A DNA stretch of 64,000 nucleotides from Phoronis australis (Eukaryota > Animalia > Phoronida). This document shows, in pieces, positions 14,035 through 26,617 of this stretch. Both the position numbers and the translations under genes were made by a program. The stretch covers positions 413,464-477,463 of the forward strand of contig NMRA01000085.1 of assembly GCA_002633005.1 (NCBI GenBank), read 5' to 3'. Below the pieces are notes generated by a model. It saw nothing but the letters and a program-made list of their open reading frames with translations, was not told the origin of the DNA and made no database searches. Position 1 is the stretch's first letter. Each line of letters opens with the position of its first letter.

Positions 14035-14400
14035 ACTTGTACTGTACCACCATCTCAATTGAGACAGTGGGCATCCCATAGCATAGGCCCATCACGAACT
14101 GGAAGTTCTTCAGCGAATTATGCCTCACACTGATTAAACCAACTAAGTCATGTTGCAGTGCTATAAGTACCTTTTGCACATTGAGGGACACCAAAATGAA
14201 CAAATACTCCTGTAATCAAGGAAGGAATTAAAGACATTGACAGCATCGGGTCCCTCTCTATGCAAAAGGAACTTATAACAACGCGACTTTGATGTTTTAA
14301 TCAGTGTGAGGCATAATTCACCAAAAATTTTACCGTGTATGAAGCACCTAGATTAGCTTAACCGTCTCTGTTCTAGCTAGAGACAGTGGTTACTGTCTCA
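14035..14400. mobile_element. Older degenerate short relative of the MULE-like MITE (two inverted arms)
   Basis: Diverged TIR-like arms at ~14035-14195 (GAATTATGCCTCACACTGATTAAACC...AAGTCATGTT...ACCTTTTGCACATTGAGGGACACC) and inverted at ~14248-14400. Confidence 0.65.
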
Positions 14401-15750
14401 ACACACACTGGTTCTTTTTGACGATAGTTCATACAGGTAGCTGGCTAGGCAATGACCATCGCCTCTGTTGGCCCGAACCAGAGGCGATGCAGAGGCTATA
14501 GGCGCTCTGTATGCCCGAAGCTTTTCGTGAATTATGCCTCGCACCGACTAAACCATCAAAGTCACGTTGTTATAAATACCTTTTGCGCATAGAGGAACAC
14601 CTGAGGAGTTTGTCGATGTGCTTAATTCCTTCCAACTCGAACAAATATTCCCATTATCAAACTTTTTCTTCGAGCAGTCCCTATTTCAGTTCCCAAAATC
14701 GTGAACTCACCATTTTTATACTGCGCACGCTCCAATTTTTACCGCGCTCGCTAGGTGATGTGACTTCATGACCTCAATCTTTAAATAGGCCAAAGGTGAG
14801 CCATTGCGGTCTTGTCAGTCAAATGTTTGTTTCCAAAATGCCACCACTTATACTTGTCTTTAATTGGCGTTACTTGAAACTGATTGTATTTCAATGAATT
14901 ATTGTTTGTATTTGATAAAAATAAATGCTGTTGATATGACATTTAATATTCTTTGTGCACATATTTGACATTTTAATGTTTAACAACATGGCAAATGCAC
15001 GGCTGGTTCCCGGCAGCACGTACGCAAAGGGCGGGAACTTCAGCTTTCAAAGTTCGCTGGTAGGTCCGCAACTTCTGACCTTCAGCCTGGTTAAAAAAAT
15101 GAAAATGTTGATTTTACGATTTTGGGAACTGAAATAGGGACTGCCCGAAGAAAAAGTTTCATAACGGGAGTATTTGTTCGAGTTGGAAGGAATTAAACAC
15201 ATCGACAACCTCCTAAGGTGTTCCTCTATGCGCAAAAGGTATTTATAACAACGTGACTTTGATGGTTTAGTCGGTGTGAGGCATAATTCGTCGACAAGCT
15301 TCAGGCGTACAGAGTGCCTATAGCCCCTGCATCGCCTCTGGTTCGGGCCAACAGAGGCAATGATCATTGCCTAGTAGCTGGCTAGACACTCATACAAGTA
15401 CTTCCACGGCACAACAAACGTGTCTTTGATGTTTTGATCAGTGGGAGGCATAAATTCACCAAAAAATTTACCGTGTATTAAGCGCCTAGACCAGCTTTAC
15501 CGTCTCTGTTCCAGCTAGAGACAGTGGTTACTGTCTCAACACACACTGCTAGTTGTTTTTTTGACGATAGTTCATACAGGTAGCTGGCTAGACACTCCTA
15601 CAAATACTCCCACGGCACAACAAACATGACTTTGATGTTTTGATCAGTGGGAGGCATAAATAGTTGAAATGCTTCCGGAGCATCGAAGGCCTATGGGATG
15701 ACCACCGTCTCTACTACAATACTGGGCCAGTAGAGACGGTGGTACTGTCG
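14285..15750. repeat. Local ~200 bp tandem array of TIR-derived sequence, first unit interrupted by MITE copy 1
   Basis: The unit CTTTGATGTTTT(A/G)ATCAGTG(T/G)GAGGCATAA...AGAGACAGTGGTTACTGTCTCAACACACACT...TTCATACAGGTAGCTGGC recurs at ~14287 and ~15424, with a partial third start at ~15630. Confidence 0.75.
14446..15373. mobile_element. Non-autonomous fold-back DNA transposon (Mutator/MULE-like MITE), copy 1, in the 5' intron of Drosha
   Basis: Ends TAGGCAATGA...TCATTGCCTA, ~260 bp near-perfect terminal inverted repeats, 9-bp TSD GTAGCTGGC (14437-14445 and 15374-15382). The empty site is preserved in an adjacent tandem copy at ~15575-15597. Confidence 0.9.
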
Positions 15751-16137
15751 TGAGTGCGCAGATTGAGGGCTGGCTCTGGCTGGGGCTTGTGCCCGACGAA
15801 TTACAAAGATTCTGCCCACCAAATCTTAATGCCACAGCTATTCTTAATTCGCCTGATTTCTCAAAGTCTACTGTTTCGCCAAGTCGCGCGAAAACGAACT
15901 TGGTGTATGAAAAAGAGAAAGAAGAATCACCCACCAATTTTGCGCAAAGTGCGTGCCTTAGCACCGCTGTGCCATCTGTGGAGAATAAACAGGTTCAAAT
16001 CTCCTTTTGTAAAGAGCGCAGAAGCGGACATAGAGAAGCGATCGTTGGCTTACCGTACAGTACATAGTTAAAGGTTATTTATAGAACGTAAACACGAAGA
16101 AATAAAATTCGTACAAGTATTTTGGTACATGACTTAC

Positions 16138-16210
16138 TCAAAATTATTAGCTTGCGTCACGCAGCTGTGATGTCGGGGTACCCGACACTGGCAGCCAAGT
16201 CCCGGTCTGG
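16138..16210 (-). promoter_or_regulatory. Putative non-coding first exon and promoter of Drosha
   Basis: The first coding exon begins at a CAG acceptor (13663-13665) upstream of the ATG, so an upstream exon is required. A minus-strand GTAAGT donor lies at 16132-16137 at the edge of a CpG-richer patch, with an E2F-like TTTTCGCGCG near 15886-15895. Boundaries are inferred. Confidence 0.45.
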
Positions 16211-16393
16211 GCGCCCAACCTGAATCTTGGTATTGCGCGATAAAATATTTTGTTTTCGGGACGATAAGGGTTATTTTGTCATTTAAGTAATTTTTGCCTT
16301 TGCTGAACCCTTTAACTTACCGTAGCGTTGTTACGGTATCATATTGAGCTAGGGAATATTTCGTATAGACATGTAATAGCGGATAAACATTAA

Positions 16394-16550
16394 CAGTGGA
16401 GGATTTAGAGGGGAGCCAAGGGGGCCATGCCCCCCTAAAATTCTTCCATATTCCATTTGGCAGTTCGGGGGTGCGAATCTCTTACTGGCAAAATCCTCGC
16501 TAATACTCTACCCTGCCCCCTCCCAACTCAAAATCTTGGGTCCGCGCCTG
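16394..16550. mobile_element. ~160 bp MITE (CAGTGGAGGATTT...TCCGC.CCTG family)
   Basis: Short imperfect TIRs and internal GGGGGCCATGCCCCCC palindrome; clearly homologous to 31767-31926 and 34013-34172. Confidence 0.7.
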
Positions 16551-18387
16551 CTTAATTATGCACTTTTGTTGATACTAACCTACCCAGTTGTTTAGTAGAA
16601 TTTTGGGATAAGGAAATAAGCTTTCATGGCAGAGCTACGGTATCAATAACGTGACCAATAGATTTTTTAACTTCTAAAAACACTCACGAGACCAACTCGA
16701 AAATGTAGAGTTGTAGCTTAATCTACCGTACCGCTTATGCATTTTTAGATTTTTATATAAAAACCACAAGAGACCCAAATATCGATAGGTGATTTTTAAA
16801 GAAAAACGAAACAATTTCTCAGAAAACATTGTGTATGAACCACACAGCTAGACATTTCATTCAAATCTGAAGCCATTTCTAAGGCTGAGGCAGGGTGCAA
16901 ATTTTGCAGCATTTCAGGGGTTAAACATAACCTCAATGAAGTTAGAGAGGAATAGAAATGTAAAGGGACATTTCCTTATTACTCAATACTTAAAACACAA
17001 ATTGAAAACGTGGTTACTCGGGTGCCTCAAATCTCTCCGTATCACGATGATGGAAAATGATTTTCATCCCATCCCCACTTTTGAACTGACGGTTAAATTA
17101 AAAGGTTTCAAAATGCCTTGATAACAATCTCCAGTAATATCTCACTTGAAATCGCTGGTAGAACTTATTGCAATCATGGTAAGGAGAATTTTAGCCCAGT
17201 TTGTTGGAGTCAGTCAGATTATTTCAAGATTTGCTTTGACGTAATTCAGGAGAAAATGGGCATATTTTTAGCTGTTTTCACGGAATCGTTTGCCGGATCA
17301 GTGTTAAGTATCGTGTTTCAAGACACTGGTCAATTAAAGAACACATGAACGCCACTTGATTACGAGTAAGACGTTAATAAAATGTCTGCTCGTTTTGAGG
17401 CAACGTCAGATACGTATGTGGAAAAGAAGACAATAGCTTTTAACAAGTGGCGCCAAGCGAGACTGATGAGAGGAGTTGAAATGATCGAGCAGCGTCCGGG
17501 GAAGGGTTCTTGGCAATGAACAGCTAGACTAGAGCTACGATCGACTCGTGGGCCCCGTGACTACGCCAGTACAGACAAGCCCTGTCAGTGCGCAAATGGA
17601 ACTCGTATCGACAATCGCATCTACGAATAACTATATATGAGTGAAAAAAGACTCCCCAAATCAATTGTTTCCGAGTCTTCACCACACCTTATCGATGTTG
17701 ACTTTCTCTAGATTCCATCTGGTAGTGCTTCAGGGGAACAGATGTTGCCAGCGTTACATTGGCGGAAAACTAAAGGTAAAATCAAAATTGTATGAAAGCA
17801 GATAACGACATAGGCCTACCGCTTACGGCGGACAGAACTGAGTAACTGGCCAACTTTTCAATCGATGTTTCTGTTACTGAAAACTGAGACGAACATGTTT
17901 CAACTGAGAAAATAGATGTCTGCATTTTTATCGATTGTTAGAACTCAAAATTTCCTTAGGTTAGACAATACAGGTAATCTTTTTTTCATATGCAGGAACT
18001 AAAGAGAAAATCTGGCCTATTTTTTAGTTGAAATGACGAACTGAAGCGTTCGTTTATGTGATCCAACTGGGAATAATTGCTCTACTAAAATACTTCGCGA
18101 GAAAAAATATCACTCTTCGAATGCCAGTATGATGACTTTTCTCAGTAAATTGACCTTGTCAAACTCATATTAATAGCTGGAGGACAAGCTGCAAAGAGAT
18201 ATTTAATAAATTGTCAATCAATTCAGTAAATATTGTGTGATTGGTCATATTTCCTGTGACAACCTTTGAACCCGTCTTTCAATCCACCAGTAGCGTTTAT
18301 CAATAAGACACCATAGCCATCTTGTCTACGCAAATTCTTAACCCTTCGTACTAGAAAAACGATAGTCAGAAGCTGTTGTATTTGAAA

Positions 18388-21300
18388 ATGCTGCGGCAAA
18401 GTGTCACCGCCGGCATTTTGGTGATGGGTATGGCTTGCTGTAGCAGTGTCAATAGGTAAGGAATGGTCCTTACTAGCGTCCCAGTGCAGTTAAAAAACCA
18501 GAGTTGAACTGGTCTATATTTCGTAGACTAAGACAATCGCGAGAAAAGATGGCGTGACCACGTGCCTTGCTCGTAATGGGTGTCGATGTCTCGCAAACAT
18601 TTGCGTGATCTTGCGTTATGGAGATATTCTCTCGTCCTAGCGTACACAACACTGGCTAGCTACATGTACCTACAGTACACTTAGAGAGTTCAAATTTGGA
18701 TGAGAAAATCACAAGCCTCAAAAACTGAGTCCTCACAGTATTAGAAGATGCCTGACCTTGAAGTAAAACATGGGGATTAAAAAAAATTCAAGTTATCTTC
18801 ACTACATGTACACACACTCCTGTACTGTAGGTAGGCCTATCATTGTAAGTAATATTTATTGAAAAGTTCATAGACTTGTCACAATTTTGTTGATTTTAAA
18901 GTTTATTTCACTGACCCCAGAAAAAGGTGTCAGAAAGCTTTCGAAGGAGTTTGCTTCAACAGAAGTTTATTGTATTTTTCAAATACATACTCAACACTAA
19001 TGTCTATTACTCCCGACTAGAAGGAGCCGGTCGACAGCTAAACGTAAGGAAATACTGACCCATAAGTACAGCTACTGCTCAAACGTTGTCCAACGTGACA
19101 ACCCGGTTCGAGACTCAGCAAATAAATGCTGGTCCGGCGGGCCAGTTACTTGACTATGAGACCACATCCACAGGGCCAGAGTGTACATGTTTTTCGTACG
19201 CTGGTGACAGCTCGAAAGTAGGAGCAAGAAAAATTCTTCGTTACATTTATATTTGTCTCAAAGACATCCCTGTAAAAGATACCAATCTGAAACATCTAGC
19301 TTCGCTGGAATATAGCTGAGGAGTTCATATCTTTCTCTACTGATCTGTTGACATATTTTGGCAGGTGCTTGGTCGTGAGCTTCGCCTGAAGGCCTATTGC
19401 AAAACAATTAGCTTTACATTTTTTACAGTTTATTCCGATTCGTTGTCTTGTTTAAAGTGCCGCATTTGTATTTAAAATTTCGACAGGTTTGTATTGCTGC
19501 TTTGAAACATAAGTCACGACGTCGTTTTCTTGTTTAGTGCATTATGAAAAATCTCCTAAAACGGTGACTAATTTACGAGTTTGCCGGCACTTTTCACCTT
19601 GACTTGACCTTCACTTGTAAAGTAGTCCCAAGCTTGGGACTACTGTACGTTCCCTCACGCAACACACTCGCAGATCATTCCGCTTATACTGTACAACGGA
19701 CACAGTGAATACTATCCCATATTTCCTATTCGACCAATCACCTTCAGTTGATTTGCTGCTACTTTGTTAGGCTAGCAGGGTAGCCATCATACTCGCGAAA
19801 CTCGTTTTTAACCACGTGATTTTTCTTGGTCTTGCGTCAAAACAAGTTGATGCTTATTGTTAAGTTATGGAACGCCAGTAATTATTACGTTATGAATTTA
19901 ATGGCATTGCATTTGGTGACAGTTTGTGAGGAAGTAAATTAGGCCTATTCTAAAAGTCATGTGCTATACATTTATTCTTTCCGCGTATTTGTCCAACTGT
20001 CTTTTTGGTTTTCAGAGATGAAAGCCCATACCCACATCCCGGTTGGAACCTGATGTTTAAAGCAAGTCGTGGTAACAACCAGTCGGTGTTCGCTCTGTGG
20101 TCCTCGCACCAGTTCACATCTAATCCAACTCCAGAACAAACAGCGCTGAACGCTCACTGCGGCTGTCATTTTAAGAGTGTCTTCGTCGAAAGATGGGCAA
20201 GTCTTAACATAAAAGAGGTGAGTCGTGTCAATTCTATCTAAAGCTCAAACGCCATCTTCCAAATTACAAATGAAATTAGCGTTCGGTTTTTGCTGGTGTT
20301 TTTGTTGATGCTGGTTCTGGAGATAATTAATGATGACGAAGGTTATGAAGATAACATTATGCTATAGGTATGGTAAAATACATGTATTAGTGCTCATACA
20401 GTAGGTTGACGATACTGGCGGCGATCGCAATGACGATGATGAAGTTGGCGCCAAAGACGATATCGATGATGGTGAACACACCAGTAATGTAGTGATGTAC
20501 TTCGTCTATTGCAGGTGGCAGTCATTTTGTACGAAGACTACAGCCTGTCCCCAGCGCGGGCTATTTATTTTGACGGAGAACATACTAATAAAATGAACTG
20601 GTTCGATCAAAGACGACTAAGGAGTTCGTCATGGCGTGATTTAACTATGGCAAGCACAACAGATGCGTTTAGTATACGTGGGTAGGAAACGGTTTGATTT
20701 CTAAATTTCTGAAAGTGGTGTGCGTCACGGTGAACCAAATCACCAAAAAAACATATAAAAGTTCATATAATCTCGATTACTGTATGGAAATTATCAAACA
20801 TTTGATTTAGGGCGCTTTCTTGTTTGCTCTTTCAGATTAAAAGAGGTTTCAGGGTTTGGGAATAACTCACGCAAGTAGTCGGATAATGCTTGAAACCAGA
20901 CTCAGCATGGTGACTTAATGGTCATTTTTGCACAGGGGCGTGGCTTCAAACAAATAACGAACACTCGGCTATCCCAAACCCAGAAATCACGTCTAATCCG
21001 AGTTGCAATCATCTTAGTAGCACTAAGTAGCCCTAATGAAAAGTTACTTTTCGGTGGCTGGCGGATTTAAGTCTTTAATGATTGCTAAACCAGCAAGTCA
21101 AACGACACGAAAATGTGTCTCAATCGAATGAAAGGAAGTGTTGCGCTTTTGTAGTTTCAAAAATATTCAACTTTCATCTTTGTGTGTCCGCGATATATAC
21201 ACGGACTCTGACACTCTTGACAACCGACTATAAAAAGACTTTGATTAAAAGCTATGTAGCAGTACATGTAAGTAGGCGTCTACTACTACGACAGTGTCAA

Positions 21301-23428
21301 TCATTCATTTTTGCTTAGGCCAACGAGTGCAAACAATCCATATAGAAGATTTGTAATCAACGCCAAGGAGTACTCGTGTGAATACAATGGCAATCTCGAC
21401 AGTGGAAATGTCGGTACGTATACGTGTATGTGTTCTGTGTCCTATGCTGCAGGCACTTAGCTCCTTTCTTCTTAGCTCTGGAATTGTTTAGTACGTGACC
21501 TGCCAAGATGTATTTTTAACAGCTCTACGTGCATTTTTGTACACTCGTGAAAATGGGGGAAACTGTGAACGGTCCCTTGGCAAATGTCTTGTAAACAGAC
21601 ATTATCAGGCCAGGAATACTTCGAGGCAGACATCTGCAACTACCCAATTATGTACTCGCAAAACACCGTCAATGTTCTAGTCTTCTGGTGAAGACTGGCC
21701 GTCACCGGTTGAAATAATTCCTTGTGAAACTGTTTCGTCACCGAGGGTTTTTATTAAACAGTTATTGTGAATATTTTAAACTACACTCGTAATCTCAGTA
21801 CTTCAGGCACAGTCTCTCGCCGCTTTGTGAGAGTTCATACTTCAAACGAGATTGAGATCATTTCTCACAGGGTCTCGGAACAATCCTTTCTGCATGACCT
21901 GCGCCATACACAGTTGATTTCTGCTCGCTCGTTGCCACGCAATTGCAGCCTGGTGTGCTGTAAGATTTTGACGATGCTTGGCTGAAACGTTGAACCTTGT
22001 GACTCATAGCGAGCACATACAGCTTTACAACTTTAAATTGTCAGGTTGGTTCTTCATTGAAGATTCTGGAAAAGGTGGCTGTAAATACGAGTCAAAGACA
22101 AGATATTGGCCAGCCTTTATTTACAGCACTGCGGATACCAAAGTGAACTACGCTGAAGGAAGTTAGTGCACCTTTCGTTACTAAATATTCTAATTACTTT
22201 AGGACAATTAGCACTATGACTTGGTCAGTCTGAAACCATGTCATATGGCAACCGGAAACAACAGAATAAATCAAATCAGCGTTTTAGATGTTGTCGTAGC
22301 ACGTTTATATACATGTACGCTTAACACTTTGACACATGACAAAACTGCAAGTAATCGACGTGTTCCTATACAGTAAATTCACATTTCAAGGCAACTTGTC
22401 TTGGTTGTCCCTAACACTGCTCTTTCGATTTTCTTCTTCTCTGGCACTGCTGTCATTAATTGAGGGGCGGTTACCAGCTCGTAAACATACAATGACTTTG
22501 TAGTTAGCCGTAAGCGTGTAAACGGATTTGCAATTTGCTGCTAGATGGTGAAATTTCACTTCAATGTCACCAGTCTGTGCATGCCTCGAGAATCTTTCCC
22601 AGAAACGATTGAATTTTGCCAATCTTGGTCTAAAGCCACGGTTGCATAAAACAGTGCTCAACTAACTTTCCTAAATCAACTTCGTATTTGTGGGCTTGGG
22701 AAAATACTGATTGTCCTTTCTTATACAGTTTGAATCTCACTAGAAAGTCAGTTTTGGGTTTGATACAACTTGAGAGTGAACTCTGTGTTGAATTCTCAAT
22801 ATCATTGAAAATACGTAGGGATGCTTTCATGCAACGCCCCTAATTTAAGTATTGGTCATAAACTATTTTTTGGTATCTCGATATTTTTCTGGTGGACATA
22901 CCAAAGCAAAATGCCCAGGCTTCATTGAATTTCTTTCCATGAGAATTAGATTTGATTGAATTTGCTCCGCACAACTCATGCATTCATATTAAATGTCCTA
23001 AGAAGGAGCTACAGCGAGAGCGTTTGTTGAAACACTTTCAATTACTCGGTCTGTGTCTTTGTCCTTATGTATTTATTAGATGCATTTTGAGGCGTGGTTT
23101 AGACCTTTATTTTGCTATGATGGTTGCTTTGCCCTGTACCTATACCAAAAATTCTACTCTGTAGCGCTCAAGTGACAAGGCACATCTTCTGCTACGCTGT
23201 TTACTCGTACACCAAGTTATTTGCCCTGTGGTCTCACCGGATGATTACGAGTCCCACAATGCACTTTGAAAAACGACAGTAGCGGATGAAGTCCCTCGAG
23301 ATAATATGTTAATATGGTCATCAGTGCAGAATAAATCGTTCATAACTTAATAACTGCAACTACATGTATGTTTTTTTTCAGTAAGCATCGGTTACGCAGA
23401 CATCTTTACTATTTTCATCTACATCTAA
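18388..23428 (+). CDS. Uncharacterised secreted protein (~231 aa), paralog A; signal peptide plus one conserved domain without a name I recognise
   Basis: Phase-consistent GT-AG exons 18388-18455, 20016-20217, 20515-20681, 21319-21413, 22045-22161, 23382-23428 (696 nt). Translation MLRQSVTAGILVMGMACCSSVNR DESPYPHPGWNLMFKASRGNNQSVFALW...HCGCHFKSVFVERWASLNIKEVAVILYE...YFDGEHTNKMNWFDQRRLRSSSWRDL...FSIRG...RRFVINAKEYSCE...GWFFIEDSGKGGCKYE...WPAFIYS...IGYADIFTIFIYI*. Exon-by-exon similarity and identical intron phases with paralog B. Confidence 0.88.
19100..19177 (-). mobile_element. Possible degenerate tRNA-derived SINE head in intron 1 of paralog A
   Basis: The minus strand reads GTGGTCTCATAGTCAAG (A-box-like) ... 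GAGTCTCGAACCGGG (B-box-like); no cloverleaf could be confirmed. Confidence 0.25.
20807..21035. mobile_element. Degenerate palindromic MITE in intron 3 of paralog A
   Basis: TTAGGGC...GCCCTAA ends; internal inverted arms GTTTCAGGGTTTGGGAATA and TATCCCAAACCCAGAAATC. Confidence 0.45.
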
Positions 23429-23964
23429 CTGGCGTTCAGTTTTACCTCAATCAACTCACGCATGCGTGTAGCCACGACTGCGAGGAAATGGTTAGCACAG
23501 ACAAGTATGTGAACGTTTAAGCTGACGGCAAGTCAAGAGCCTCGAAATCAAGACTTGACATTGCACCAATTTCAAAGGATACTATAGATGTTAATTGATT
23601 ATTGCGTACTTTTGTACCAATACACTTTGAACTATGTGCACCATATGATATTTTCTTGTCTGTTGGGGTTATCGTTGTTTTAGGACTTCTGCGTTGTGGG
23701 TTATTTCGTCCAACTATTTTTGAAGTTAAATACTGCATAGTACACACGAAGATCGGCTCACTTTCACCCCTACCAAGATGGCGGACCTCTTCGCTCGTCG
23801 CCAAACCATGCGACTTCAACTCTCGTTAAGGAATCTCATTGGTTGTCGCAAGATCTTGTGTCGAGACGAGAAATTGCAGAAGCAATAGTTACGCGTACAC
23901 GCAAGGCATTTCTGAGGAATTTGCGGTGAGGACTGCTCGTTTAAGGAGCATATCGGTAGGCCTA

Positions 23965-24213
23965 CATGCGCACACCCAGCCGTAAAAATGGGGGGCTCGA
24001 ATTTTTGCCAATGTGGACCTTTTACTAAGATTCACGAAATATGTTCAGAGCTATGAATTACGCATTCGCCGAATTTTGGTCGTTCCTGTCTTTTTAGTGG
24101 ACTTTTATCTCGTTTTCTACTTTTTTCGGAGTTTTTTTCTCTGAGGCGAACTTTTGCGCACTTCGCCAAATTGGGGCTCGTTCGAGCCTCCAGAGCCCCT
24201 GGGTGCGTGCATG
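23965..24213. mobile_element. Short MITE downstream of paralog A
   Basis: Inverted ends CATGCGCACACCCAG...CTGGGTGCGTGCATG and internal GGGGCTCG repeats. Confidence 0.6.
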
Positions 24214-24699
24214 CGGTAGCAGACGATTCTAACCCATTGCCTTTTAACGGATTAAGTCCTTCGATCCCCGCCATTTTGCAAATGTACATGTACGCTAGTA
24301 ATGTCCCGAGCGTACTCATTAAACACTCGCCTATCACTCGCGTGATTTTTGTTGTCTTAATGTGCTTGTCTGCGAGTGTCTTGCGTCTCTAGTGAACGCT
24401 AATTATAGTCCACACTACCGAACAAACGGAAATGGTGAAAGACCGTGCAAAGTTTCGAGGGTGAAGCTCGTGTTTCTCACTAGAAAGCTCGTAATCTAAA
24501 GATACATGTATGTTCCTCTTACGATTGGGACGACAAGAGCAAATTTTCGAATGATTCCGATTTCCACTGTGTCCATTTCATTCAAACAGATTATACATAG
24601 TCCCCCAATTATTCATTGGACGTATTTCTCCCATCTGTTTTGGCGTCCTGCTCAAACTGTTGGAAAGTTCATAATGACGTTTTAGAGAATCCTCTCTGT

Positions 24700-25120
24700 A
24701 TTTCTATTGACATCAACACGGCTGACTAATTTCCGACCGAGGCGAGCGTTTGTGGCGTCCCCTAGTGACAATTTAGTTTTAACTTCTTTATGTATGCTTC
24801 TCTAAAATTTTGTAATGGATTTTCGTGAAATCTGGTAACTAGGTCTCCATTAAGGAGATAACGACAGAAATGCAATTTTTTGAAGGATTCGACGTATTCT
24901 GTTGTACACCCTAGTGGCCATTTTTAATCATCTTTCGTATCTATTTTTGGCACTGGTCTGGCTCAATATCTACCAAGTTCTTTGACGACCGTGCACGAAA
25001 TTTGGCGAAGGGGGCAACAGCACTTGCCAAAGTTCAGAGTGGTTTGATTTATGCTGCGCCCTCTAATATTACATGTTACTAATAAACACCGTATGCGGTA
25101 GTGCTCTAGTGGTAAAATTG
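24700..25120 (-). mobile_element. Second, inverted copy of the CCACTAG-motif repeat family
   Basis: CCCTAGTGACAATTT (~24760), CCCTAGTGGCCATTTT (~24909), CTCTAGTGGTAAAATT (~25104) with GAAATTTGG/GAAATCTGG spacer motifs. Confidence 0.4.
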
Positions 25121-26617
25121 GAGGTAAGTAGGCGCCCAGTGCCCATCGTATTGCCTTGTGCACTGAATTTTAAAAGTACACTGAATTCGCACTACAACGT
25201 AACTTACGGTGCGTAAGCACTACGTTTAATTGCCAAAAGGTGGTTGGCTGCGCGGCTGCGCCTACGTGCGCCTACGTCCCACTACAGCAATGGTTTGCAG
25301 TGCTGTCGTGGTCCCATTTGCAATATTGGTCACCTGCGAAACAGCTGAATCATGTGGATCCGGAACCGGGGAAACGGAAGCAGCAAATTCTATCCCATAA
25401 TGTATCTCATAATTCAACATTTCGAAAGTACTACAAATTACTTCAGTGGCCACCATTTTGAAAGATCTGGAGCGTACTCGCACAGCATTTGCCTTTCACG
25501 GACGTGATTATGCGTGATCTTGCTTTTTCAAAAAATGGTCGACGGAGAGCATTCCAGGGGAAGGTTTTATGAAAAGTGACTTAAAAGATTATGTTATCGA
25601 CAAGTTTGTGCATTTAGTCAAGCATGTATAATTTAAAATGAGAAAGTTTATAGAATTGGAATTCTGAGTTTTAGCAACCTGTTGTTAATTGAGTCACATG
25701 GCCACGTCTTTCTAGTAAAGTTTAGCTGTCAAGAAAAAAACTTTCTGCGATAGCAACACATCGATATCAGTAACACGACCAAATTTCGTTTGCTACAAAT
25801 TAATGTTAAAATTGAAAATGAGAAAACGCTGTTACAGTTGTCTAAATAATCCTTTCACTGTCGGTTTGAGCAACTTTCGGGTTTTTTCATAAGAATCATA
25901 AAAGTCGTGATTTTATAGAGCGTTATGCAAAGTTGGACAATTTTAGAAGCAATTCCTAACAAAGTTTTTGAAAATAGTGCATAAGTATAGTACCTAAAAC
26001 TTTCACGTGAATCCTATCAGCCACTTCCGAGATAAGATGTTCCAAATTTAACCTTGCAGCAGAAATAGCACCTCACGCTCCCTGCAACTACATCGGAAAA
26101 CAATTTTATCTCACTTTAGCAAAAGTACAGGGTTTCTGAAGACATAAACATGCGCTGGTTGTTGAGTAAATTTTCGTAAATTATCTATAAGCTTTGTGCT
26201 ACGAAAAGCACGGCAACACATATTTTGTTACTGCGAAGAATTTCTGATTTTTTAGGTAACATAAGACTGCGGGTGCTAGATATTGTTGGAGAAGACTCAC
26301 TTCGGCCTCAGTAATTGAGTTTGAAGAGAGCCTAGCCGTTGATGCTTCAATTTGGGGAATCAGTTTGACAACGTGATTGGTCAACACTTTGGTTTAAACA
26401 ATGGTTTAACTCAGAGAGTCACAATGACAAAGAGTATATTTCCTTGTTCATAATCCCGATTTATTAAATTACAACGAAGTTTTAACAGAAGAATTCTTCA
26501 AAATCTTTGAAATAGAATTATCTCTGTGTTCTTGATATACATGTAGTTCTTGGCTTAAAATGTTCAGTGGATCTCTGCTACGGTATTTCTGCGCAATTCT
26601 GTTCGCTGATGTCTCAC

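Noticed and set aside
15644-16071. Three overlapping ~105-aa ORFs near the Drosha promoter
   Set aside because: No recognisable protein motif or splice partners; consistent with chance ORFs in GC-richer promoter and repeat DNA.
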